Positions 41,359 to 57,067 are shown, counted from the stretch's first letter. The stretch: DNA of 64,000 nt from Eledone cirrhosa (GCA_964016885.1 OZ024741.1:206956001-207020000), one strand, 5' to 3'. Notes: generated from the sequence alone by a model not told the origin. Made by a program: numbers and translations.

Positions 41359-42276
41359 GACAATCACATAGATAATGACAGCCGTACGCATAGACTCCCG
41401 CTATATACACACACACACATGTGTGCATACACATGCATACGCGTATGTATACCCGTACACACAAACACGTACAGACATAAATCCCCCCTTCCACCCACGC
41501 ACACACACATACACACACGTACCCATATACATATATACACGCACAGATACACACTCGCTCGCAAACACCCATATATACACACAGACAAGCCCTTTCCCTA
41601 GACGGGTGCTTGTACACACACACACTGACTCATATACACTCCTACAAATATGTGCATATTCACATACACACCCACGCACGCATATATATATATATATATA
41701 TGCGTGTATAAATAATACATGCATATATTTATTTTTTTATATCCAATTGAGTTCTTCACGCATGGTTAAAATTATTGAAAGAATTATTTGACCTACGGGC
41801 ATATTATTTTATTCTTTTATGTTTTGCGATGACCTCCCCTTCCCGCTTGGTGACGGTGTGAGATTTCTCATTGTGAGACTGCTGGAATTTCAAATTTGGC
41901 GATCACTCTAGCACGGACGGGTACCATCGATGAATATTAATATCGGTAAGGTTTTTTTTATATCGATATTGTCGGGCATCCACTGATGATTTATAAGTGC
42001 CCGCCTACATATATTCCTATGGACTATGTGTAAGCTTCTACATAACCTGGACATTATTTTCCCAATTTGTAGAAAACTTATAATGAAATGATCGTTTGGA
42101 AAGAGAGATGTATTTAATTATGTCTCATATAAAATAATACAACTGGCTATCCGCAAAATACGTATAGTTAGCACCCCAAACGTATAATTGGGATTATACT
42201 AAGGTATATCCTAATGTTTATTGAGTGAGACGGGAGCCGGTCGGAGTATTGCTTAAAGCTTTCTCTGTTAATGTAT

Positions 42277-42336
<60 letters not shown>

Positions 42337-42494
42337 ATACTTTGGGATGGTCATGTTGCCAATAAGAAACATATGCACCAGTTGCTTTCACTTCAATTTA
42401 TTATATATTTATAAATTTATAAATTTACAAATTTACAAACCTATAAATTTCTGGTTGGTTGGTTGGTTCCACAACCATATAGTTGTTTATATAT

Positions 42495-42539
42495 AGTCAT
42501 AGTCCTTTCGTCACACACTATGTGACCTCTTCAGTGACT
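42495..42539 (-). ncRNA. Type I minimal hammerhead in the inverted pLTR
   Basis: AGTCA CTGAAGA G GTCACA TAGTG TGTGAC GAAA GGAC TA TGACT; perfect stems I and II. Confidence 0.8.
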
Positions 42540-45500
42540 GGGGATTCCTTTCCTTTGTTTCTGTGCCTTTCCTTTCTTCTATCCTACGCCATTTTGTTTG
42601 TAGTGTAATGTTCATCAATTGTAATGTTCATCAGAGTGTAATGTTCATCAATACAACCCCTAGAGGCGAACTAGCCTACAAATTTAGAAGGGCCCTAAAT
42701 AAACATAATCTCAATATTAAGATAGTAGAAAGACCTGGTACCTCCGTAAAAACACTTATTAGCAAGAAAACTGTGCACCACTTCTAGATTCTACACCAAC
42801 ACCATCAATACCGACGTTAGAAGATTACAACTCACCAAAAAACAAGCAGATAGGCTAAAATGAACTTTAATTCTAAACATAAAAAAGATCTATAGAGAAT
42901 TAAGTCATCAAGAAAAACAAAAGCGTAACCTAATACAAGAAATAGCTAAAATCACCACACCAAGAGAGAAACTAATATTTATAAGCCTTATACGCCCCGA
43001 AGAACAGTACATTACTCAAGAATGTGATAAGCACTTTAACAGAAAACTAAAGTGGCTTAAACAGGCAAAGCTAAATCGGGATACTATAGAGTATACCAAT
43101 AGATATCCCGACAAAATTGATGGTATCAACATAGCCGACACCTCATTATCAGAAGAGTTCAACAACGAAAATACCAACATTTATGGAAACACGGAAATAG
43201 ATAATAATGAAATGTCTGCGTTATGTCTGCCACCCAAATTTGCGACATTCAAGAAGGTAAATATGATTAGTTGTCTGTCAGAAATAGAAAAATCATTTAC
43301 AAAACTACGCTGGAGCATCAAAAACAAAAGCAACAATATACGCACACACATATACAACACACATCCCAACAACAACAGACACACAGACACAAACAACAAT
43401 AACAACAACACACACATCAACAACAACAACAATAGCAACATACCCAGATACAACAACAACAGACACGCAGACACAAACAACAATAACGACACACACAACA
43501 ACGATAACACACACGGAGACAACAACAACACACATCAACAACAACACACATCAACAACAACAACACACACGCATTCAATGCCTCTCACCACCACCACAAT
43601 CTTAACAAACACACAGACACAGAAAACAAGTAATGACAGTAGCACAGAAATCAGAGAAATAAGAGAAAGTAATAGGATTAAAAGGTGAAGGAGATGGGAG
43701 ACTAAGGACAAAGAGAATAACCAAGACGAACACAAGACACACAAAATAGGGTAGATAACAACATTGAGCCAGTGGAAAGAGACAGGAGTAATTATGAGAG
43801 ACATAGAAACAACCATGAGGCTGAGGCTGTTGATGGAAATAGAAATAGAAACAACACAACTAACAATAATAATAGCACTAGTACACATAAAGCAGCAGCC
43901 TGGAACTCTTCGTTTTATAACCCCTCCGATAAATCATTCGACCTACGACGAGTCCACGCCACGACTCTGCCATTTAACAAACGCACGCAGTTGCCGTCGC
44001 AGGTCGATGAACAAACAGAAGCACAATTTAGTATAGCTAAATCCGAACTTAGAAATATTATAGAACAGTATAGCAAGAAGCATAATAGAATAGAGGCCCA
44101 GCAACTGGGAGAAAAATCTGCAAATGGCTTGCGTAAGCTCATGCAGCGCTCGCGTAATGGAGAGATAGCACGTTTTCCAACAGACAAGTCTGGCAGAATG
44201 TCGGTTGACAGCCTGCCAAACTACATCCAGGCAATGCAACCCCACATCACTAACACAAGAGAGGTAACACCACAGGAGCATGAGGATAGAGAAAAAGCCC
44301 TCAATGCCCATATGGTGATGTGGACGAATATAATGCAGCCCAACAAAAGGACTGCCAACAACTTCCAGGCCTGGAACAATGACGTGCCGGCGTTGTATGG
44401 GCTTCGAAAAGACCATAAAACGGGCTGGGACCCTGTCGCGGGACCACCAACACGGCCAGTCTGTGGAGCTAACATTGCTAGTAACTACAGACTGTCCTAC
44501 TTCCTCTCCCTGATCATACGCCCCATCATTGAGATGTCTCCAGATGTGTGTGACAGCACGGAGGACCTCCTCAGCAGAATCGGCGCGAGTAACCGATCTG
44601 GGGACCTAACAAACTGCATAATAGGCAGTATGGATGTTGTGTCCCTGTATCCATCTATTGACGTGGATTTTGCTGTGGAGAAATGCGTAGAAATGATCAG
44701 CGAGAGCAAGGTTGAGTTCCGTGGGATTGATACCAGTGAGCTGGGACTTCTACTTAAGCTTACCCATAGTAATAGTTACCTAGACACTTATGACCTTAGC
44801 AACCTGTGCCCTACAAGACCAGCAAGAGGCAGACCACCTACCATTACCTAAATGGCCAAGAAAACCCACACAGATAGATGGAACGGGTGGACCAGAGCCA
44901 TACGGACACCCGAAAACCACGATGAACTGAAGAAAATGATTGTACATGCGGTAGGGGCCAGCATAAAATTAACCCTTAAGGAACATATGTTCAAATTTAA
45001 TGGTAAAACATATGCCCAAGAGGAAGGAGCAGCCATTGGTGTTAGCATTGCAGGCGACATAGCTAACTTATTCATGGTATGGTGGGACAGTAGACTTAAA
45101 CAAAAACTTAAAGAACAATTAGAAGACAGCTTAACCCTGATAATGTACTCCCGCTACGTTGATGATATAAACATCGTAGTTAAGACACCCCCACTAAAGA
45201 ACAGTCAGGAACTAGAGAAAAACACAATGGAAAGCATCCAGCAAATAGCAAACTCCATCCACCAGAGCATTAGAGTTACTATAGACTACCCAAGTAGACA
45301 CCCCAACCATCGATTACCTGTACTAGATACAGAGCTCTGGTTAGATACCATTAACAACCAAAAACAAATCCTCCATTCCCATTATGCCAAACCCATGATT
45401 TCCAAACATCTGATCCACCGAAACTCGGCCATTTCGGACCATACCAAAATCAACATACTGATTGCGGATTTGGTACGGGTGATGAGAAATGTGTCCCGCA

Positions 45501-46565
45501 TGTGCAACCCCGAAGAACTAGAGAGACACATACAACACTTCATCCACCGTATGCAGTTCTCTGGCTACAATCAGAGAGATAGAATCAGAGTGTATAAAGG
45601 AGCCAGAACCAAATGGGAAAAAATGGTAAATAATGACATAAATGGGACCTGCCCCTTGTATAGGAGCAAATTTTGGAATAGAATAGAAAGAACTAGGAAC
45701 AAGGCCAATAGAATAAACTCATGGTATGATAGCAATAAATACCAGAGTGTAATATTCATCAATACAACCCCTAGAGGCGAACTAGCCTACAAATTTAGAA
45801 GGGCCCTAAATAAACATAATCTTAATATTAAGATAGTAGAAAGACCAGGTACCTCCGTAAAAACACTTATTAGTAAGACATACCCGTTCCAAAGACCCTC
45901 ATGTATAGATAAGAAATGTATAACCTGTAAAATAAGCCCCCATATTAACTGTAAAACTAGAAATGTAGTGTATAGCATAAGATGTACAGAAGGACAATGT
46001 AGAAAAAAAAATATAGTGTACATAGGTGAGACAGCTCGTAGTATAGGGGAACGAATAAATGAACACTGGCGAGACCTCCAAGATAATAAAGAATCATCTG
46101 TGCTCTACCAACATGCTAAGATAGAACACAGGGGTAGACTAGAGAACATAGAAATAAAAATAGAATCCACACACAGAAAAGACGCAATGTTTAGGCAAAT
46201 TACAGAGGCAGTAAGCATAAAAGAATTAAAACCAAAATTAAATAGAAAATATGAGTGGAACAGCAACATCACAACTTACAATTAAGGACAAAATGAAAAC
46301 ACACACAGGACAAAATGAAAACACGCACACACATAGAACAAACAACTTACAATTAAGGACAAAATGAAAACACACACACACATAGAACAAACAACCAACC
46401 AACAATAAATAAATAAATAAATAAACAAATAGATAAATGAACACAAACACACACAGGCACCCGGATGTGGCGCATGCGCAAACTGAGCACACAACACACA
46501 CACAGAAACAAAATGGCGTAGGATAGAAGAAAGGAAAGGCACAGAAACAAAGGAAAGGAATCCCC

Positions 46566-46610
46566 AGTTACTGAAGAGGTCACAGAGTGTGTGACGAAAG
46601 GACTATGACT
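46566..46610 (+). ncRNA. Type I minimal hammerhead in the 3' pLTR
   Basis: AGTTA CTGAAGA G GTCACA GAGTG TGTGAC GAAA GGAC TA TGACT. Confidence 0.8.
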
Positions 46611-46830
46611 ATATATAAACAACTATCTGGTTGTGGAACCAACCAACCAACCAGAAATTTATAGGTTTGTAAATTTGTAAATTTATAAATTTATAAATAT
46701 ATAAGAAATTGTAGTGAAAGCAACTGGTGCTTGTGTTTCTTATTGGCAACATGACCCTCCCAAAGTATAACAATATCGGTTTCAACACACGATTTCAGAT
46801 AAAGAATCTTGCTAAACAAATTCAGAAACG

Positions 46831-46862
<32 letters not shown>

Positions 46863-46867
<5 letters not shown>

Positions 46868-49800
46868 GTATAGGATTATCCAAGATGTAGTAATGGTTAA
46901 TTACTACACTGGATATGGTTAACGTACGGTAAGAGGTTACTCTACGAGTTATGGAAGAATTGTTCAAGAAACTTAGTTCCTGATCCTTCAGTATTCCGGA
47001 GTGTATATAAAGAATGAAAAATAACAGGTAGACATCATAAAAAGGTAATTTATTCCGTGTGCTTACAAGTGTTTCCACGGTGGTACTGCAGCCTAGTTAT
47101 GCTACGTGCAAATTCACAAGTACTTGCAGAACTCGAATATCCAATGCTGTGACCACTGTTTCCTCAGAGCAGAATGGTAAATGTACAATGTAAATACCCT
47201 TAAGTGGGGTTGTTGGGGAAGATAGGGTAGAAAAGGAAGAGAGAAAAGTAGGGAAGAGGGAGAGAGAAAGAAAGATATGCAGGGGTTGGAGAAGTAGGAG
47301 AGAGTGGCTTGTAGATATCTTAATCAAAATGTTATGGTAGGGGTTTTATTATACTGGTTACTTTTGGAGAGATGCGTTGATAGTTAAGGTCGGAATTATT
47401 TATTGCCCCAGAGGGCAGGTTCATAGATGTTGAGAGGGAGGTAGGTCAAAGGTGAGAGAGAGAGAGTGTAATGGATGTAGAGAGAGATAGGTAGAGAGGG
47501 GACAGACAAAGTATGTGTGGTGAGTGAATTTTGGGTTTGTAGTAGTAATCTAGGAATTGCACTGAGTTACCATGTATAGTGATAAGCAGTGTATTGTCTT
47601 GTAGTGTGGGGGGAAGAGAAGGTTGTTAGCTAGAAAGTGGTGTTATAGTTACGGGTTCGAATGTTAATTTATTTTATAGTGAGAGAATTTAGCTTTTAGT
47701 TTGTGGTTGCAGTATAATGATCGTTCAATTCTATCGTTAAGTAGTTTGTTTTTGGATTTTAATATGTAAAATAGCTCAAGGTTACATAACCTGCAGTACT
47801 TCAATCCACTCCGATATGCACTTGCGCTGGAAAGTATATCCCATTTTAAGGTGAACTGTTGGTTGTGTTCACGGAGTTGCCAGGTCTTGTTGGCGAGCGT
47901 GGTCACAAAACGGTGATTCGGATGTTTGATTGAGAATCGATGACGGTACCAACGAGATTTAAACGATGTGGTGGTAGATCCGATATAATACCATTTCTGG
48001 TCGTTCGATTCAAGCGTGCATTGGTAAACAATGTTGGACTTTAGGCATTCATTCTTCAATGGACATCTTTCAGGTAGATGGCAGTTACATTCTTTATTGT
48101 GGGTAGCGGGTATACCATGGATAGGTTGTGATAGCGGTACAGGTGGGTTGTGTAATACCCGTCTCCCATTTAGTGGTTGGGAGGCAGATATTGCGTTCTG
48201 CCCATCTGTTACTAAAATGTTTTGTTTTGGAGAGTTCTTTAATTGCCTTAAGTTAAGTTTTTTTATGTATGCTTCAAGGTTTGGTGCCGTGGAGTATGAT
48301 AGTCTAATAGTTTTAGAGTTCAGAATTTTGCTGTATTTATGGGAACTAAGGAAGTGTTTGTTGATTAACTTAAAGAATGAAATAGATAGTTTTGTACTAA
48401 TCGAGGCATTAAAAATAGGATTGTACCAGATATACTTTCTACAACGTGATTTATTTGGTGGTGATCTTCTATTATTAGTATGTCTGGTAGTACTGTGTGT
48501 GTGTGCTTGTGTTTTAGTCCCCCGGTTACGTATTCCTTGATTTCGTGTAGAGCTATGTGTGTTATGGAAATTCCTATCGATGTATTCTATTGTATCCCGG
48601 TGGTCAGCATTCCTTAATGCATTATTGTAGTATTCAGCGTGTTCACTAAAAATATCAGAGTTAGACGATAGGCGAGAGATTCTAAGAGAAATACTCCGGG
48701 GAACTGATTTGTTCATGGAGAGTGGGTGATTAGAGTTAAAGTTAATATACGTAAGGTTCTCATTTACCTTGTGGAAGGGTCGTATCTGTCCGGTATTTAA
48801 ATTAAGAGTTACGTCCAGAAAGTTTACTACTTTAAGATTGTATTCGTATGTTATTTTTAGACCCAGTTCACTAAAAGATTTTCTAATATTTTTCCGTAGC
48901 CTTTCAAGATTTTGGTTATTCAAGTTATTAACTAATAAGAGCCCGTCATCTCTGTATATCCCCCCCTGTAGATTACTAAATTTACTATGTAATATGTGGG
49001 CTATGTAAATTCCCACGAGTTCCGTGACCTCCGCCGAGTCGTTGGAACCCATGGTAATATCGAAATTTGTGGGTCTGTCCTTACGTTCCCAGTAGCAGTT
49101 ATCGAACTTAATAATGGTTTTTCTAGCCTCGAGAATAATATTAATTTCGTCCTCCGTTAGGTCGGAATTGGCCTTAGCAAACGATAGGGCCTTACGTAAA
49201 GTGCTTGGTGAGATGGAAGAGTAGTATTAGTCTATGTCAAATTGTATAAACTTAGATTTATTCTTATTCTTAACATTATTAAACCAGCGAATTGCTTCGC
49301 TGGTGTTGCCCCATAATTTAATTTCAATTTTCTTTTCCACTTGAGTTATTACTCTGTCAAGTATATGTTTGCTAATTTTCCCTATGTCTGATTTAGAAGG
49401 GCATATAAGTCTGATCTTAGGGTTAGAGTCAAAATTTACCGTATGGTCCTTCAGGTTGAAGGTGGGGGTAGCGGGTATAATCGGCTCGGTTCTATCGTCT
49501 ATTTTGAGATTCTTCACCACTTTATATGCCTCGTTGTTAATATTTGCTAGCGTAGTTTCATTTGTTTTTCTATATTTTTTTGTGTAGTTCGTTGCGTATG
49601 AAGTTATTTTACGTATCGATATCCATGGTATACACGTTAGATGTCTTGTCAGCTTTCACAACAATTCCATTGGTATTTTGCAATCTTCGGAGTAGTGATT
49701 TCATGTTGTTCTGCAGCTCATTATTTCTATGTTTGTTGAACTTAATGTTCATGGTCGTTTTCATTAAATCTTGTTCGAAAGCATCGAGATGAGGGTTTGT

Positions 49801-51152
49801 GGGTGGGTTTTTACATGATTTAAAACCATATGATTCAGACGAGTGATTGGCGCGTCCTTTATCGAAATGGAAAGCTTTCCATCGTACACGCCGAATGAAG
49901 TCGTTACTGCGTTGAATCATACTAAGAATATATTCCCTTTTGTTAGGTATAGGTATGTTTTTAAGTGACATACCTATATGATGCCTTTCCATATTAATGC
50001 CGTGTGTCGGTGTGGTTGCTCAACTGTGTAGGAGGCGATTATTAGGTATAGGATTATCCAAGATGTAGTAATGGTTAATTACTACACTGGATATGGTTGA
50101 CGTACGGTAAGAGGTTACTCTACGAGTTATGGAAGAATTGTTCAAGAAACTTAGTTCCTGATCCTTCAGTATTCCGGAGTGTATATAAAGAATGACATCG
50201 TTTAAATCTCGCTGGTACCGTCATCGATTCTCAATCAAACATCCGAATCACCGTTTTGTGACCACGCTCGCCAACAAGACCTGGCAACTCCGTGAACACA
50301 ACCAACAGTTCACCTTAAAATGGGATATACTTTCCAGCGCAAGTGCATATCGGAGTGGATTGAAGTACTGCAGGTTATGTAACCTTGAGCTATTTTACAT
50401 ATTAAAATCCAAAAACAAACTACTTAACGATAGAATTGAACGATCATTATACTGCAACCACAAACTAAAAGCTAAATTCTCTCACTATAAAATAACTTAA
50501 CATTCGAACCCGTAACTATAACACCACTTTCTAGCTAACAACCTTCTCTTCCCCCCCACACTACAAGACAATACACTGCTTATCACTATACATGGTAACT
50601 CAGTGCAATTCCTAGATTACTACTACAAACCCAAAGTTCACTCACCACACATACTTTGTCTGTCCCCTCTCTACCTATCTCTCTCTACATCCATTACACT
50701 CTCTCTCTCTCACCTTTGACCTACCTCCCTCTCAACATCTATGAACCTGCCCTCTGGGGCAATAAATAATTCCGACCTTAACTATCAACGCATCTCTCCA
50801 AAAGTAACCAGTATAATAAAACCCCTACCATAACATTTTGATTAAGATATCTACAAGCCACTCTCTCCTACTTCTCCAACTCCTGCATATCTTTCTTTCT
50901 CTCTCGTTCTTCCCTACTTTTCTCTCTTCCTTTTCTACTCTATCTTCCACAACAACCCCACCTAAGGGTATTTACATTGTACATTTACCATTCTGCTCTG
51001 AGGAAACAGTGGTCACAGCATTGGATATTCGAGTTCTGCAAGTACTTGTGAATTTGAACGTAGCATAACTAGGCTGCAGTACCACCGTGGAAACACTTGA
51101 AAGCACACGGAATAAATTACCCTTTTATGATGTCTACCTGTTATTATTCATT

Positions 51153-51155
<3 letters not shown>
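46863..51155 (-). mobile_element. Naiad-like Penelope element: nearly complete ORF 47664-49992 plus direct and inverted terminal duplications
   Basis: SLKNIPIP..RRVRWKAFHF, KADKTSN, LKDH, FIQFDI, MGSNDSAEVTELVG, GIYRDDGL, CNC..CPL...C, IVYQC..YIGST. One frameshift and one TAA. 50039-50193 repeats 46863-47013; 50194-51155 is an inverted copy of ~47015-47968. Confidence 0.9.
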
Positions 51156-51193
<38 letters not shown>

Positions 51194-51559
51194 ATACTTT
51201 CCTTAAATTAGCACTCGAACTAAAGCCTGTTGAAAAAGTCGCTTCCTTGTTCAATTATCTTACCAGAAGCCTAACATTATTTGTGTAAGCGGACAGTAGA
51301 AACCCAAATGCTGGATTTTACCAACCATCCAGGGGTCCAGGTAAATTTTCAATCACATATATTTTTATTTGTTTGACCCGAACTACTTGGTCGTTTTTGT
51401 GGCTGTGCGGATGATTGTTTAACCATCGTCTCAATGTGTTTGGCCTTTAACGTATGTTGTAGCTCTGGTTCATCTGAATCATTAAGCGCTTGCCACACAT
51501 CTCGGAAGTTGTTTTTCGTTAATTCTTAAGCCGAAATACATTTCACGCTAATTTATATT

Positions 51560-51595
<36 letters not shown>

Positions 51596-51680
51596 ATATA
51601 CACACAAAGTCATATAAAAATAAACAATGGGTCAAACATGAAAGGATGCATCTTGTTATAAACATGTACATACATAGAAA

Positions 51681-51750
<70 letters not shown>

Positions 51751-52032
51751 GACGGCACATAGAGATACACAGTAGGCTATACATGAAAGGGTGTGCCCAT
51801 TTATATGTGTCTACAGAGATGTTGTTACGTTGCGATCATGGATCAATCCACATATGGAATCTTCCCGCAAAGTCACATAATGGGGGTTCATGGTGTTACA
51901 GTAAATAGTATGCGCAGACCGTACATAGAAAATGCCTGCAGAATATATATAAAAAAGAAGGAACGTGTATGCATGTGAGATAGTACACATGAGATACACA
52001 CGTGGGTCTGTATACGGAAAATACATTAGGTG

Positions 52033-52345
52033 TTACAAAATGGAATACGTGGAGAGTATGCAAGGATTCCATGCGGAGAGTGGGCACCTTCTCTGGTGTC
52101 TGCACGTCATGATTATTTCCGATTTTAGATTGACCGCATCATCCTTCAGTCTGACTATCTCCATGGCCTCGGATAGGCATAGCCTACATTTTCTATTTCC
52201 AGCCGAATATGCATTCGCGTGCCGAACGATACTCCAGTTGAGGGCATACGGGGTGCCTTTGTCTTTCAAGTCCCACATCAGGTCCACCAGCCTAGTAGAG
52301 TGCCTCTTGCTTCGGTCTTGAAAGAGTGTGTGCGGTTACTAGCTT
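52033..52345 (-). pseudogene. Naiad-like PLE GIY-YIG C-terminal fragment
   Basis: WDLKDKG..LNWSIV..AYSAGNRKCRLCLSE..CRH parallels the C-terminus of the 47664 ORF. Confidence 0.8.
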
Positions 52346-52399
52346 CCAGATGGCCTACTACCAACGCCTTCCAGCCAACGTCTTGCTACACATAAACGC

Positions 52400-53470
52400 A
52401 GCAGAAGGAAGCCGAGTGCACCGAGCATAAAGCGAAAGGGACACCTAACTGGCTACAGCACAAGAACATGCATAAGAACGGTCACCTAGGAAGCACAACC
52501 CATAGCAAACCTACAAATACATGGAACCGCCACCGTAACGTCCTATGGTTCCATCCTCCCTACTCTCGGAGTGTGGCCTCCGACGTACCCCGGATATTCT
52601 TCGAAGCCTTAGAGAATAACTTCCCACCCAACCATAAATATAGGAAAATTCTTAATAGGAACAATATTAAAATATCCTTCTCTACTACTCCTAACCTAGC
52701 AGACATGATAGGAACAACTAATCACAGAGAGATCACTAAAACACAGCACCTTAGCACCGATACCCCTATACCTGACAATAACCATAACGGCCTTAACGTC
52801 TCCCTAGCAGCACCCAATAGTGCTGGCAACAGCCACAACAGACGCAACCAACATAACCGCGACATGACAGGGGAATATGCTGGTGACCCGTACGGGTCAC
52901 CCGACGACAACAGAAGGCGCTGCGGCGTGCGGAGTGATAATGGTACTACTCCGCACGCTGTGGGATATAATAGTACTAACGACAGGGATAGAGGCGTAGG
53001 TAACAACATAGATATCAATAATAATAACCTTACCTCAGGAACTAGAAGAGACTGCGACCGAAAATGCAACTGTCGTGACAGGGGACGCTGCCCCCTTAGG
53101 GGAAATTGCCTGACAGATAAGGTTATTTATAGGTGCACCATAACTAGCCATAATAGCGTTAAGCATTATATAGGGGCCACCTCTGGCCCGTTCAAAAATA
53201 GATTTCGAACACATTTCCAAACTTTCACAAACAAAAAAACTAAGACACTCCACTTCGCTGGCCAATTACATCACAGCATTAAAAGACTCAAACATCAGCT
53301 TCTCCACACACTGGGAAATTGTCGGCAGAGCAGCACCGTACAATTTCAAGATGAAGTGCGAGCTTTACCATATCATAACAGCACCCCCTGATCTCATCAA
53401 CAGCATAGCAGAATCGGTGATAAACTTCAGGCACCGTATAAAGATGTCTTATTCCAGATGGAATAAGAAT
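52400..53470 (+). pseudogene. Different Naiad-like PLE fragment (linker plus GIY-YIG)
   Basis: RNVLWFHPPYS..KYRKILNRNNIKISFSTTPNL; CNCRDRGRCPLRGNCL; VIYRC..HYIGAT..FKNR. Confidence 0.85.
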
Positions 53471-53782
53471 GAGGCATGAAAACCATAAATCAGGTCTCCC
53501 CGCACCAAACCTTAATACCCCGGTGGGCAGGCGCTGCAAATAAATATCTGGAAACTAACTATGCATCCCAGACCCGGCGTGAATTGACAATGGTAAAGCA
53601 GCATCCACAAAGTAGTAACGCGTAACAAATACCTTGGGAAACACTGCTCTAACACCGGCTAGAGTTATCTCCCCTGATCTACTGCAAAAGCAATACATGT
53701 GCTTTACGAAGAATGAACTGTGATGTGAATTTATCTTTAAAACCCCTTCTGGGTCACGTAAGAAACACTCTTTATTTTGTTA

Positions 53783-53823
53783 TGCCCTTCAGAAGCCCTT
53801 TTCGGGCGAAACGTACGTAGGTG
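53783..53823 (+). ncRNA. Hammerhead remnant with mutated core, downstream of the Naiad fragment
   Basis: TGCC CTTCAGA A GCCC TTTTC GGGC GAAA CGTACG TA GGTG; G5 and A6 are lost. Confidence 0.5.
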
Positions 53824-53879
53824 CTGTTTTAAATAAACATGTTTTAACGGTTTGTACTCCTTTATATATTTTTTCACGT

Positions 53880-54175
<296 letters not shown>

Positions 54176-54274
54176 TCTTTCTAACTTGACCACTGCCACG
54201 TCACGATTCTTAGCCATTTTTTAATCTATTTTTGGCGCGGTCGCTTTAGAAAATTAAATTCCAATCTTGAGTTT

Positions 54275-54353
54275 GTCTCCTGATGAGTCTGTTACTCTGG
54301 GTATATCCTAACAATAGGACATCTAAAAATTCGGACGAAACCATGGTAGAGAT
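54275..54353 (+). ncRNA. Type I hammerhead with fully canonical core
   Basis: GTCTC CTGATGA GTCTG..CGGAC GAAA CCATGG TA GAGAT; palindromic stem III ACCATGGT; GUA cleavage triplet. Confidence 0.8.
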
Positions 54354-54635
54354 GTAATTACGGTATGTACACGTTTCTTCTAAGTTTAAATTTACACCGA
54401 ATTGTGTATGGTTGACGGTATATTTAGTCAGTTTCTACATGCTGTTGAAATGTTGGATAAATATTCTATTGGGGTCACCGCGAAGAGGCCGCTTTCGGTT
54501 ATTTATAAAATATTTCTTCATAGGAGCCTTTATTCTTATAGCCTGGTCTAATTGATTTTTTATATGGTTAATTATGCTAATTGGGAGAGGAAATGGTATA
54601 TATTTTATCTAATAATTCTAAGGACATGATTTATG

Positions 54636-54688
<53 letters not shown>

Positions 54689-54692
<4 letters not shown>

Positions 54693-55085
54693 AAGGAAAA
54701 GCGAAGTAGTTTCAGATGTTCAAGTCCTTTAATAATAATGTTGTGATATATATTTCAGTGACGACACTGGCCACACTGTTCTGTGTGCGAGTGTCATGTC
54801 ATCATCAGACAGCTTGTTACATAATAAGGTTATGTTTCCGAGGCAATCCATATTGGATCGACAAGGGAACGGATGAATTGCGTGTTCTTGGGTTTTTCAT
54901 CCGCTCCCTTGTCGATCCAATTTGGATTGCCTCGGAAACATAACCTTATTATGTTACAAGCTGTCTGATGATGACACGACACTCGCACACAGAACAGTGT
55001 GGCCAGTGTCGTCACAGAAATATATATCACAGCATTATTATTAAAGGACTTGAACATCTGAAACTACTTCGCTTTTCCTTATTCG
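54689..55085. repeat. ~190-bp-arm inverted repeat with one hammerhead per arm (54740-54813 minus; 54960-55033 plus)
   Basis: GCTGT CTGATGA TG..ACGACACT..AGTGTCGT..CA GAAA TATATA TC ACAGC. Confidence 0.85.
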
Positions 55086-55156
55086 ATATTTACTCCGTCA
55101 CTCCTATGTGGAAAAAGTACGTTGAGTGCTTGAATTGAATTGCATCAATGTTTACC

Positions 55157-56875
<1,719 letters not shown>

Positions 56876-57001
56876 ATATATATATATATATATGTACAAT
56901 ATATTAATAAATGGAAACTATATTTATAAAACCTGGAAGCTCCAACCGTTAAGGTTGTCTTTTTTCCGGGTATGTCAATATTTATTTATAAAACAAATCT
57001 G

Positions 57002-57067
57002 TATTTTATCTGATGAAAGCGCACCAAAATTTGCCTTGGTGGCCCTTGAATTATGTATAATAAAATA
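57002..57067 (+). ncRNA. Type I hammerhead with one core substitution, between ~38-bp inverted repeats
   Basis: TATTTTAT CTGATGA AAG..CACCAA/TTGGTG..CTT GAAT TATGTA TA ATAAAATA; flanks ~56895-56933 and ~57073-57110 are inverted. Confidence 0.65.

Larger units (their letters stand above)
42334..46800 (+). mobile_element. Near full-length Penelope-like element with inverted 5' pLTR
   Basis: 42334-42595 is the reverse complement of ~46510-46772. ORF pieces ~42780-46285 contain PTDKSGR, LYGLRKDHK, SMDVVSLYPSI, GAAIG, RYVDD, a Cys-rich linker and GIY-YIG (VVYSIRC..YIGETAR). An in-frame TAA lies at 44849-44851. Confidence 0.93.

Noticed and set aside
44849-44851. In-frame stop between the two long Penelope ORFs as programmed readthrough
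   Set aside because: A single TAA inside RT is more simply a point mutation; the upstream region is also disrupted.
49227-49229. In-frame stop in the Naiad-like RT as possible selenocysteine recoding (some Naiads encode selenoproteins)
   Set aside because: The codon is TAA, not TGA, and the Cys-motif positions in the Naiad-like copies here are ordinary Cys codons.
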